NCBI GenBank assembly: GCA_964016885.1
Contig: OZ024742.1
Coordinates: forward strand, 11,780,001 to 11,844,000
Direction: 5' to 3'
DNA: 64,000 bases
Source: Eledone cirrhosa
Taxonomy: Eukaryota
Part shown: positions 14,101-26,071 of the stretch, piece by piece
Position numbering within the stretch: position 1 is the first letter of the stretch
Layout of the letters: each line of letters begins with the position of its first letter
Made by a program: the position numbers and the translations under genes
Notes under the pieces: generated by a model
What the model saw: the letters and a program-made list of their open reading frames with translations, nothing else
The model's database searches: none
Told to the model about the DNA's origin: nothing

Positions 14101-17100
14101 TCTACACTTGTCACATTAGTGGTGGTGGTGGTGGTGGTTCACTTATCACAGTGGTGGTGGTGGTACACTTGTCACAATGGTGGTGGTGGTGGTGGTACGC
14201 TTGTCATATTGGTGGTGGTGGTGGTGGTACACTTGTCGCAGTGGTGGTGGTGGTACACTTGTCACAGTGGTGGAAGGTGATACACTTGTCACAGTGGTGG
14301 TGGTGGTACACTTGTCGCAGTGGTGGTGGTGGTACACTTGTCACAGTGGTGGTGGTGGTACACTTGTCGCAGTGGTGGTGGTGGTACACTTGTCACAGTT
14401 GTGGTGGTGGTGGTATACTTGTCACAGTGGTGGTGGTGGTGGTACACTTGTCACAGTGGTGGTGGTGGTACACTTGTTACAGTGGTGGTGGTGGTACACT
14501 TGTCACAGTGGTGGTGGTGGTTGTTCACTTGTCACAGTGGTGGTGGTGGTACACTTGTCACAGTGGTGGTGGTGGTGGTACACTTGTTACAGTGGTGATG
14601 GTGGTGGTACACTTGTCACAGTGCTGGTGGTGGTACACTTGTCACAGAGGGGTGGTGGTGGTACACTTGTCACAGTGGTGGTGGTGCTACACTTGTTACT
14701 GTGGTGGTGGTGGTACACTTGTCACAGTGGTGGTGGTGGTTGTTCACTTGTCACAGTGGTGGTGGTGGTACACTTGTCACAGTGGTGGTGGTGGTGGTAC
14801 ACTTGTAACATTGGTGATGGTGGTGGTGGTACACTTGTCACAGTGGTGGTGGTGGTGGTACACTTGTCACAGAGGGGTGGTGGTGGTACACTTGTCACAG
14901 TGGTGGTGGTGGTACACTTGTCACAGTGGTGGTGGTGGTTGTTCACTTGTCACAGTGGTACTGGTGGTGGTAAACTTTTCACAGTGGCGGTGGTGGTACA
15001 CTTTTCACAGAGGCGGTGGTGGTACACTTGTCACAGTGGTGGTGGTGGTGCACTTGTCACAGTGCCGGTGGTGCACTTGTCACTGAAGTGGTGGTGGTGG
15101 TACACCTGTCACAGTGGGGTGGTGGCGGTGGTACACTTGTCACAGTGGTGGTGGTGCTACACTTGTTACAGTGGTGGTGGTGGTACACTTGTCACAGTGG
15201 TGGTGGTGGTTGTTCACTTGTCACAGTGGTGGTGGTGGTACACTTGTCACAGTGGTGGTGGTGGTGGTACACTTGTTACAGTGGTGATGGTGGTGGTACA
15301 CTTGTCACAGTGCTGGTGGTGGTACACTTGTCACAGTGGTGGTGGTGGTGGTACACTTGTCACAGAGGGGTGGTGGTGGTACACTTGTCACAGTGGTGGT
15401 GGTGCTACACTTGTTACGGTGGTGGTGGTGGTACACTTGTCACAGTGGTGGTGGTGGTGGTTGTTCACTTGTCACAGTGGTGGTGGTGGTACACTTGTCA
15501 CAGTGGTGGTGGTGGTGGTACACTTGTTACAGTGGTGATGGTGGTGGTGGTACACTTGTCACAGTGCTGGTGGTGGTACACTTGTCACAGTGGTGGTGGT
15601 GGTGGTACACTTGTCACAGAGGGGTGGTGGTGGTACACTTGTCACAGTGGTGGTGGTGGTACACTTGTCACAGTGGTGGTTGTGGTGGTACATTGTCACA
15701 GTGGTGGTGGTGGTGGTGGTACACTTGTCACAGTGCTGGTGGTGGTACACTTGTCACAGTGGTGGTGGTACACTTGTCACAGAGGGGTGGTGGTGGTACA
15801 CTTGTCACAGTGGTGGTGGTGATACACTTGTCACAGTGGTGGTGGTGGTGGTACACTTGTCACAGTCGTGGTGGTGGTGGTACCCTTGTCACAGTGGGGG
15901 TGGTGGTATACTTGTCACAGTGTTAGTGGTGGTGGTACACTTTTCACAGTGGCGGTGGTGGTACACTTTTCACAGAGGCGGTGGTGGCACACTTGTCACA
16001 GTGTTGGTGGTGGTACACTTGTCACAGTGCCGGTGGTACACTTGTCACTGAAGTGGTGGTGGTGGTACACCTGTCACAGTGGTGGTGGTGGCGGTGGTAC
16101 ACTTGTCACAGTGGTGGTGGTGGTACACTTGTCACAGTTGTGGTGGTGGTGGTGGTGGTACACTTGTCACAGCGGTGGTGGTGGTACACTTGTCACAGTG
16201 GTGGTGGTGGTGGTGGTGGTGGTGGTGGTGGTGGTGGTGGTGGTGGTGGTGGTGGTGGTGGTTGTACACTTGTCACAGTGGTGGTGGTGCTACACTTGTC
16301 ACAGTGGCGGTGGTGGTGTTACACTTGTCACAGTGCTGGTGGTGTGGCGGTGGTACACTTGTCACAGTGGTGGTGGTGGTACACTTGTCACAGTGGTGGT
16401 GGTGGTGGTACACTTGTTACAGTGGTGGTGGTGGTACACTTGTCACAGTGGTGGTGGTGGTTCTACACTTGTCACATTAGTGGTGGTGGTGGTGGTGGTT
16501 CACTTATCACAGTGGTGGTGGTGGTACACTTGTCACAATGGTGGTGGTGGTGGTGGTGGTACGCTTGTCATATTGGTGGTGGTGGTGGTGGTACACTTGT
16601 CGCAGTGGTGGTGGTGGTACACTTGTCACACTAGTGGAAGGTGATACACTTGTCACAGTGGTGGTGGTGGTACACTTGTCGCAGTGGTGGTGGTGGTACA
16701 CTTGTCACAGTGGTGGTGGTGGCACACTTGTCGCAGTGGTGGTGGTGGTACACTTGTCACAGTTGTGGTGGTGGTGGTATACTTGTCACAGTGGTGGTGG
16801 TGGTGGTACACTTGTCACAGTGGTGGTGGTGGTACACTTGTCACAGTGGTGGTGGTGGTGGTACACTTGTCACAGAGGGGTGGTGGTGGTACACTTGTCA
16901 CAGTGGTGGTGGTGCTACACTTGTTACTGTGGTGGTGGTGGTACACTTGTCACAGTGGTGGTGGTGGTTGTTCACTTGTCACAGTGGTGGTGGTGGTACA
17001 CTTGTCACAGTGGTGGTGGTGGTGGTACACTTGTAACATTGGTGATGGTGGTGGTGGTACACTTGTCACAGTGGTGGTGGTGGTGGTACACTTGTCACAG

Positions 17101-18811
17101 AGGGGTGGTGGTGGTACACTTGTCACAGTGGTGGTGGTGGTACACTTGTCACAGTGGTGGTACACTTGTCACAGAGGGGTGGTGGTGGTACACTTGTCAC
17201 AGTGGTGGTGGTACACTTGTCACAGAGGGGTGGTGGTGGTACACTTGTCACAGTGGTGGTGGTGGTACACTTGTCACAGTGGTGGTGGTGGTGGTACACT
17301 TGTCACAGTCGTGGTGGTGGTGGTACCCTTGTCACAGTGGGGGTGGTGGTATACTTGTCACAGTGTTAGTGTTGGTGGTACACTTTTCACAGTGGCGGTG
17401 GTGGTACACTTTTCACAGAGGCGGTGGTGGTACACTTGTCACAGTGGTGGTGGTGGTACACTTGTCACAGTGCCGGTGGTACACTTGTCACTGACGTGGT
17501 GGTGGTGGTGGCGGTGGTACACTTGTCACAGTGGTGGTGGTGGTACACTTGTCACAGTTGTGGTGGTGGTGGTGGTACACTTGTCACAGCGGTGGTGGTG
17601 GTACACTTGTCACAGCGGTGGTGGTGGTACACTTGTCACAGTGGTGGTGGTGGTGGTGGTTGTACACTTGTCACAGTGGTGGTGGTGCTACACTTGTCAC
17701 AGTGGCGGTGGTGGTGTTACACTTGTCACAGTGGTGGTGGTGTGGCGGTGGTACACTTGTCACAGTGGTGGTGGTGGTACACTTGTCACAGTTGTTGTGG
17801 TGGTGGTGGTGGTACACTTGTCACAGCGGTGGTGGTGGTACACTTGTCACAGTGGTGGTGGTGGTGGTGGTTGTACACTTGTCACAGTGGTGGTGGTGCT
17901 ACACTTGTCACAGTGGCGGTGGTGGTGTTACACTTGTCACAGTGGTGGTGGTGTGGCGGTGGTACACTTGTCACAGTGGTGGTGGTGGTACACTTGTCAC
18001 AGTGGTGGTGGTGGTGGTACACTTGTTACAGTGGTGGTGGTGGTACACTTGTCACCGTGGTGGTGGTGGTACACTTGTCACAGTGGTGGTGGTGGTTCTA
18101 CACTTGTCACATTAGTGGTGGTGGTGGTGGTGGTTCACTTGTCGCAATGGTGGTGGTGGTGGTGGTACACTTATCACAGTGGTGGTGGTGGTACACTTGT
18201 CACAATGATGGTGGTGGTGGTACGCTTGTCATATTGGTGGTGGTGGTGGTGGTACACTTGTCGCAGTGGTGGTGGTGGTACACTTGTCACAGTGGTGGAA
18301 GGTGATACACTTGTCACAGTGGTGGTGGTGGTACACTTGTCGCAGTGGTGGTGGTGGTACACTTGTCACAGTGGTGGTGGTGGTACACTTGTTGCAGTGG
18401 TGGTGGTGGTACACTTGTCACAGTTGTGGTGGTGGTGGTATACTTGTCACAGTGGTGGTGGTGGTGCTACACTTGTCACAGTGGTGGTGGTGGTACACTT
18501 GTCACAGTGGTGGTGGTGGTACTACACTTGTCACCGTGGTGGTGGTGGTACACTTGTCACAGTGGTGGTGGTGGTACACTTGTCATAGTGGTGGTTGTGC
18601 TGGTGGTGGTGCACTTGTCACAGTGGTGGTGGTGGTGGTACACTTGTCATAGTGGTGGTGTTGGTGGTGGTGGTACACTTGTCACAGTGGTGGTGGTGGT
18701 ACATTTGTCATAGTGGTGGTGGTGGTGGTGGTGGTACTCTTGTCACAGTGGTGGTGGTACACTTGTCACAGTGGTGGTGGTGGTGGTACACTTGTCACAG
18801 TGGTGGTGGTT
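8149..18811. repeat. 10.7 kb compound minisatellite: ACACTTGTCACAGT core + variable (GGT)n
   Basis: Several hundred units, mostly 23-32 bp; all ORFs here (HLSQWWW / YTCHSGGG / TLVTVVV) are its three frames. Confidence 0.98.
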
Positions 18812-18911
18812 AGCTTATCAATAATAAAGGAAGTCACAGGATATTTTTTATAATGACAGATGTTACCAAAAGAGCGCATGCACGTGTGCGTATATTATGT
18901 GTACAAGTATA

Positions 18912-19097
18912 GGGGCGGTGGATTGGCAGTATCGGTAGAGGGTCGGACGCCATGCTTTCCAGCATAGTTACGTCCCTTTACGATCTGAGTTCAAATCCCG
19001 CCGAGGTTGACTTTGCCTTTCATCCTTACGGGGTCGATAAAATAAAGTACCAGTAATGCACTGGGTAATTGCTGGCCTTGTGCCAAAAGTAGAAACA
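18912..19097 (+). mobile_element. Full-length SINE family A copy with 18-bp TSD
   Basis: TSD attatgtgtacaagtata at 18894-18911 and 19098-19115; A box tggcagtatcgg, B box gagttcaaatcc. The central gcctttcatcctt..ggggtcgataaa..gtaccag resembles the Nin/Deu-type conserved SINE domain (from memory). Confidence 0.95.
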
Positions 19098-19372
19098 ATT
19101 ATGTGTACAAGTATATGTGTTTGTGACTATCAATTTATGTATGCTATGTGCATGTATGTGTGTGTGTATGTAAATATATATATATATGGGGATGTGTATA
19201 TTATGTGTGTAAGTTTGCATGTTTTTATAACTATGAATGTATGTATAACATGTACGTGTGTGTGTAAATATATATATATATATATATAGAAAGATTTGAA
19301 TGGATACAGTTTAGTTGAAAGGAATTTATTGACACGTGTTTCTATAACAGTTACATAACCTGAAAACAGCTG

Positions 19373-19442
19373 CTATCTACAAAGTATTATGCAGACAATC
19401 AATATTTCAATGTTATTATTTACTGTCATTTCATCAGAATAA
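19373..19442 (-). ncRNA. Candidate type I hammerhead ribozyme in PLE pLTR (left arm)
   Basis: Mirror copy of 23759-23828. Confidence 0.55.
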
Positions 19443-19992
19443 TATTACTGAGGACCTGTTTGGTTTTTATAGAGAATATTAGGAGAGAGGGGTGAAGTTG
19501 TTAGAAGAATAGTTGAGGGAGTGGTTTTTTGATAGCAGTGAGAATTTTTGGTGGCAGTGAGTAATTAGATTCCCATCTGTTGTTTTGACATCTTTATAGA
19601 ATATATTATTGGTTATTTTTCTAAATCTATAGAGGGATTAGAGATAGTAAAGATATGCGTGGTTGGTTTTGTGTTTGCACTTAATTAACATTCAGACTTA
19701 AATTTTTTCTTTCCAGTGTACGTATCCTTTCACCCACGCATTCTCACACAAACATATTTGCACCCCTCTACAAAATATATATACTCACATTCACATAGTA
19801 ACATGTTCATACTTACATACATATACACATGCATACATATATATATACACACATGTATTCATGTACATACATACGCGTTCACGTGTGTACATTTTCATAC
19901 TCAACTTATCTTTATATACACACGTATAGACACACACATATATACATACATACTCTAGTCTATGTGTATATATATACATATACATATACATC

Positions 19993-20066
<74 letters not shown>

Positions 20067-20356
20067 CATATATATATATAAGCACTTTAATACATGAATA
20101 CACTTACATCTAACTATACACATCAAACATATATATATTTACTTATTTATATACATTTTCACATATATATACATACTTATGGTCGCTTTTAGACACATTC
20201 ATTATCGCATTTTTGCACCTATTCTCATCAGCATATCTATCCATTATTAGTGTGGTAATTTAAGGTTATTAATATACATATATATGTTGAGAAGAAATTG
20301 TTTTTATATTTTTCTAACTAGATTGAGGTTTATATAGTTGGGGGGATGTCCCTCTT

Positions 20357-22480
20357 TTATGTAATATTCGGCTTGTAGTGGGAAAAAAGGGTTTTAGTTC
20401 GGTGACGGCAAAATAATGTTCGTTCAATTCTGTTATTCAGCAATTTCTTCTTGTGTGTGATTATGTAATAAATCTCAAGATTACACAATTTTGCAGAAAT
20501 TTTGGCTCCTGGAAAAGCTTTGGGTTTTAGCTAATTTCTCCCATTTTAGGGTAAAATCTTGATCGCTATCCCTGAGCGTCCAAGCTTTTTCTGCTAAAGT
20601 TGTTACATTTCTTTGGCTCTGGTGTTTTATTGAGTAAGAATGCCTATATAATCGAGATTTAAACGATGTTGCCGTTGATCCCACGTAATACCACTCGTTG
20701 CCTCCGGATTTAATGGTACACTTATAAATAATTTTTTTTTCCAGGCAGTTATTGCCGAGGGGGCAGTTGTCAGGATAGGTGCAGTTACAGTTGTGTACGT
20801 TGGGTTTTCTCTGGAGTAGTATTGCGGACGAACTTAGGTGTGGTTTATTTATGTTCTGTAGTGTATTGTCTACTGTTTTTTTTGTGTTATTTGTACTTAA
20901 GTTTTTAGTGTTTTCGTTTAACCTTCTAGTATTGATCTTTTTTATGTGTTGTTCAAGGTTTAACGCTGTAGAGTATGACAGTCTTATAGTGGTAGGGTTT
21001 AGGATTTTGTGGTATTTGTGTGATGTAGGAAAATGTCTCTTAATTATTTTAAAGAAGAGTACTGGTATATTTGTACTAATAGAACTATTGTATTCGGGGT
21101 TATACTATGAGTACTCTTTGCATCGCTTTCTATTAGTTTTGTTTGTTGGTTTACTGGTGTGCATACTATGGTAGTAAGTGTGGTTTGGTGTTGTGTTATT
21201 ATATCTACCTATGTGGGATTTATTTTGGGTGTTTTGATTGTTCCCATCTATATACTCTATTTTGTTGAGGTGGCCTGCTTTACTAAGGGCGTTATCGTAG
21301 TATTCGGCGTGTTCCTTAAATACTTGTATGTTAGAAGATAGACCCGAGATTCTAGGGGAAATATTTTTAGGGATAGATTTAATTATAGAGATGGGGTGGT
21401 TAGACCCAATATTTACGTATTTGAGATTTTCATTCAATTTATGAAACGGTTTAATCAGACCAGAGTTTAAATTGAGTGTGACATCCAGGAAGTTAACTAC
21501 TTTAAGGTTGTATTCATATGTTATAGTTAGTCCTATTTCGAGTAGTAGTTTTCTTATATCTTTGTGTAGTTTTTCTAGTTTTTGGTTATTTAGGTTTTTA
21601 ACTAGGAGGAGAACATCGTCGCGGTATATTCCGCCGTGGAGATTGCTGAATTTTTCCTGGAGTCTAAAAGCGATAAATAACCCCACAATATCAGTTATTT
21701 CCGCCGAATCATTAGAGCCCATTGTTATGTCAAAGTTAGAGGGTCTATCTTTACGTACCCAATAACTGTTCTCAAATTTGACTATAGTTTTCCTAGCTTC
21801 TAATATAATCTTAATTTCATCGTTTGTAAGGTCAGAGTTATCCTTAGAAAACCTAATGGCTCTATTCAAAGTTTCAGGTGATATCGATGAGTAATATTCA
21901 TCGATATCAAACTGGATAAACTTAGATTTATTCTTATTGCTAATGCTATTAAACCATCTTATTGCTTCTTGGGTCTTCCCCCAGAGTTTAATGTTAACCT
22001 TAGCCTTAATTTGGGAGATAATTCTATCTAAGATATATTTGCTTATTTTACCTATTTAGAGGGGCAGATTTATTTTACCTATTTAGAGGGGCAGATTAAT
22101 CTAATTTTAGGATCATTATCAAAGTTTACCTTATGGTCATTAAGATTGAAGGTGGGTACCGCCGGTAAGAGTGGTCCTGTCCTATCTTCGATTCCGAGAT
22201 TTTTCACTATTTCGCATGCCTCATCATTGATGTGCTTAAGAGTTACTTCATTCGTTTTTCTATATTTTTTATGTAATTCTTTTTGAATGAAGTTGTTGTA
22301 TGTAGTGCAATCCATAGTATACAGGTTTGATGTTTTGTCCGCTTTTACTACAATTCCTTTGGTGTTTTTAAGGTCGTCCAGTAGTTTTTTTATATCTTTC
22401 TGTAATTTGTTGTTGGTGTTACGTCCTTTGAATTTAATTTTAAGGATTAAGTTCATAAGGTCCTGCTCAAATGCATCTAA
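20357..22480 (-). pseudogene. PLE reverse transcriptase + GIY-YIG endonuclease ORF, 5'-truncated and disrupted
   Basis: Motifs in order: ADKTSN, RLICPSK, FIQFDIDEYYSSIS, FDITMGSNDSAE, GIYRDD, VNFLDVTLNL, SNHP, (W>TAG)YNPEY, CNCTYPDNCPLGNNCL, IIYKC..YYVGST..FKSRLYRH, CKLC..E..LLNNRIE..CRH. Lesions: frameshift with a 27-bp tandem duplication at ~22044-22097, TAG at 21105-21107, +1 A near 20490. Confidence 0.92.
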
Positions 22481-22904
22481 TCTTGAGATTTATTACATAA
22501 TCACACACAAGAAGAAATTGCTGAATAACAGAATTGAACGAACATTATTTTGCCGTCACCGAACTAAAACCCTTTTTTCCCACTACAAGCCGAATATTAC
22601 ATAAAAGAGGGACACCCCCCCCCCCCCCCAACTATATAAACCTCAATCTAGTTAGAAAAATATAAAAACAATTTCTTCTCAACATATATATGTATATTAA
22701 TAACCTCAAATTACCACACTAATAATGGAAAGATATGCTGATGAGAATAGGTGCAAAAATGCGATAATGAATGTGTCTAAAAGCGACCATAAGTATGTAT
22801 ATATATGTGAAAATGTATATAAATAAGTAAATATATATATATGTTTGATGTGTATAGTTAGATGTAAGTGTATTCATGTATTAAAGTGCTTATATATATA
22901 TATG

Positions 22905-22946
<42 letters not shown>

Positions 22947-22947
<1 letters not shown>

Positions 22948-23137
22948 GTTATTCCGGGTTGAATCGGAGGTAACCACAGTAAGTAAGGTACTCAATACAT
23001 AGCAGAGTATAACAGTTTTAATATAGATGAGATTCTACAGGACTAGAACTGTTTCATTCATTAGAAATCATCAGGAATCAATGATGATTTCTAATGAATG
23101 AAACAGTTCTAGTCCTGTAGAATCTCATCTATATTAA

Positions 23138-23140
<3 letters not shown>
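22947..23140 (-). mobile_element. ~195 bp HHR-bearing mini-element nested in the (TA)n tract of the PLE right arm
   Basis: Absent from the equivalent TA tract of the left arm (~20000-20062); contains ~58-bp inverted arms around 23074-23081 plus a unique tail; homologous to 61450-61618. Confidence 0.85.
23031..23079 (-). ncRNA. Type I hammerhead ribozyme
   Basis: Minus strand reads GAUUC-CUGAUGA-uUUCuaauGAAu-GAAA-CAGuucuagucCUG-UA/GAAUC: intact core, stems I (5 bp), II and III present, GUA cleavage triplet. Confidence 0.85.
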
Positions 23141-23208
<68 letters not shown>

Positions 23209-23758
23209 GATGTATATGTATATGTATATATATACACATAGACTAGAGTATGTATGTATATATGTGTGTGTCTATACGTGTGTATATAAAGATAAGTTGA
23301 GTATGAAAATGTACACACGTGAACGCGTATGTATGTACATGAATACATGTGTGTATATATATATGTATGCATGTGTATATGTATGTAAGTATGAACATGT
23401 TACTATGTGAATGTGAGTATATATATTTTGTAGAGGGGTGCAAATATGTTTGTGTGAGAATGCGTGGGTGAAAGGATACGTACACTGGAAAGAAAAAATT
23501 TAAGTCTGAATGTTAATTAAGTGCAAACACAAAACCAACCACGCATATCTTTACTATCTCTAATCCCTCTATAGATTTAGAAAAATAACCAATAATATAT
23601 TCTATAAAGATGTCAAAACAACAGATGGGAATCTAATTACTCACTGCCACCAAAAATTCTCACTGCTATCAAAAAACCACTCCCTCAACTATTCTTCTAA
23701 CAACTTCACCCCTCTCTCCTAATATTCTCTATAAAAACCAAACAGCTCCTCAGTAATA

Positions 23759-23828
23759 TTATTCTGATGAAATGACAGTAAATAATAACATTGAAATATT
23801 GATTGTCTGCATAATACTTTGTAGATAG
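23759..23828 (+). ncRNA. Candidate type I hammerhead ribozyme in PLE pLTR (right arm)
   Basis: CTGATGA (23764-70), stem II AATG/CATT, GAAA (23793-96); a possible GTA site at 23821-23 with wobble-rich stem I TTATT/GATAG and outer helix aaacagct/agctgttt. Stem III is weak. Confidence 0.55.
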
Positions 23829-24066
23829 CAGCTGTTTTCAGGTTATGTAACTGTTATAGAAACACGTGTCAATAAATTCCTTTCAACTAAACTATATCCA
23901 TTCAAATCTTTCTATTTTTCTCCGGATTACTTTTGAAATTTCAACTGGAACCGTCGAGCAAACTCTACGTGAGCTGTCAATCTACTGTCTAATATTTATA
24001 TTACAACACAACGGAAAATACTGTATATATATATATATATATATTTACATACACATATATATATAT

Positions 24067-24111
<45 letters not shown>

Positions 24112-24369
24112 AAATAACAAGTGGCTCGACTGGTGTAATTCCTTAAAGGTTTATTATACTATTATATTCGTTTTTTCCCGTTCTTTGCCAGGGAACGTTT
24201 CCACGAACCAAAGTATCGTCTCCCTGTCTTCCTCCGGTTGCAACGTTTTTTTAAATATTCACTTCTGCGTTCACAGATTGACTTTGTTAGTTTCAGAAGA
24301 TCCCGTTAAGGGCGAAAGCAGCGATTCTTTGCTTAAACTTTAACTGTTATTTTAATATATATATATATA

Positions 24370-24441
<72 letters not shown>

Positions 24442-24443
<2 letters not shown>

Positions 24444-24565
24444 TGAAACAGCAAGAGCTCAGCCGTCGGGTCCCGACACTTTCTAGCTTAACCAATCTCT
24501 ACTACCCCAAGTATCGAGTACCCGGTTGAGTAATGGTCTAACTACTTTTAAACTGTTTGTATCCT
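24442..24565 (+). mobile_element. Truncated member of the palindromic HHR-derived family
   Basis: Starts right after (TA)n: GAAAcagcaagagctcagccgTCgggtcc, then ctctactaccccaagtatcgagtac, homologous to 47108-47200. Confidence 0.65.
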
Positions 24566-26071
24566 AGTGGTGATAATGATGGAAGTGTTAGAGATATTGG
24601 TGGTGATGGTAGTTCTGGTGGTGTTGATGGTGGTGGTAGGTTTTTATATTTCATATTGATAACAACGAAGCAGAAAGCAGCCATACGCCAGAACGAGTAA
24701 AACTTGGTAAAACGAATTTGATTTGAGTTGATGCAATAAAATTATGGGCAGATATAGCAGTTATGTATGGCTTTTAGGCAGCAAAATATAATGTGATTCT
24801 TCGCCAAACACTGTAGATACATGACTATAAAGTGGAAAAATATTAATTCCTAATAACTCACACAAGCTACATTATCTCATAAACAGAGAATCAGTGTTAC
24901 AGAAGAGAGCAGAAATTAGAAAATTGATTCGAAGCCAACGATTCGCTGGAAATGAAGAAGACGGAAAGAAAAGCTTGTTGGATTATTTTTCTTTTCTTTC
25001 GTTTGATTTGATTTCATTTTTATTGTCTTTTATTTTAATGGGAAACTAGAGTAAAGGGATGGAATGAAAATGAAAATGAAAATCGGGTTTTGAGCTGTAT
25101 AGAGATTTACGTATTATTGGTAAGTGGGAAGGGCGGGATTGGCTGAATTGTTAGAACGTCGGACATATGCTAGGTAATATATATTCTAGCTGTTTACGAT
25201 CTGAGTTCAAATCTTGCCGAGGTCAACTTTTTTTTCATCCTTCCGAAGTCGATAAAATAAAATAGTATTAATACCATTAGGTAATAAACTTTGTCAGCAA
25301 TTTGATTAGCAGAAACTGTCTTTTACTGAAGTGGAGAATGAACTTTGCTAAAATATTTATTCTAATTCTTTACGATCTAAGTTCAAATCGCGCCGAGATC
25401 AACTTTGCTTTTCATAAAATAAAGTACCATGATCTGCGGCATTTTGAGAGCTTCTTGGGATAAACGTTGCTAGCAATTTGATCTCAAAAGCAGCGAAAAT
25501 TGTCTCTTCCTTAAGCGGAGAATGAGCATTGCTACAATACGGTGTTTCTTGGGAAATGGTACAATGGTCACGTGGTGGTAAGCTACTGAATTGATATTGA
25601 TATATACCTTTCAGGTAAGACATCCCCTCAGCTCATGAAATTTCCATACCACTCCCCATAATCTGCCACGTATCAGTCTTTCTACTGCACACAACTAAAC
25701 TGTTCCCACCATGTTATCCCTACTTGCGAACAGTTCGTTAATGTTTCACTGAAATGCAGCAAACATTCATTAAGAGCTGGGTATCATGTACTCTGCCTGG
25801 ACGATCAAAGAACGTTTTGCGGCTTAGATTTTCACATACTGCCTTAAAAAATTAGTGTCCGTCGAACGTTTGTCTGTCCTAGGGACTCTTTATAAGTAAC
25901 TTGGCCCGGACAATACAACCTTCATGTTTAGCGTTGAATAAATGATTCACCATCACTTTTACTACACAACATAAAATGAGATGCAACACAAAACATCTTC
26001 CAATAAATACCTTATCCATCAGCATGGAATAAGTGAGCCCTTGTGTAGTTGTTTGACTAGGTAGATGTAAT

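Larger units (their letters stand above)
19288..24023. mobile_element. Penelope-like element (Naiad-type), ORF-bearing copy joined to an inverted pLTR
   Basis: 19288-20483 is a near-identical reverse complement of 22478-~23915 (excluding a nested insert); RT and GIY-YIG are coded on the - strand; both outer ends abut (TA)n. Confidence 0.93.

Noticed and set aside
8149-18811. CRISPR-like repeat-spacer appearance
   Set aside because: Spacers are only (GGT)n variants, the repeat is 14 bp, there are no cas genes and the context is eukaryotic.
20180-20240. Possible SECIS or extra HHR (CTGATGA) downstream of the PLE ORF, since some Naiads encode selenoproteins
   Set aside because: Conserved Cys codons I could read are TGT/TGC, the internal stop is TAG at a Trp position, the helix does not pair and no GAAA follows.
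22287-22604. 105-aa plus-strand ORF
   Set aside because: Chimera of antisense RT sequence and the inverted copy of the PLE C-terminus across the inversion junction.
25600-25625. Strong splice-donor-like CAG/GTAAGA
   Set aside because: No convincing upstream acceptor or coding frame; a single motif is expected by chance.
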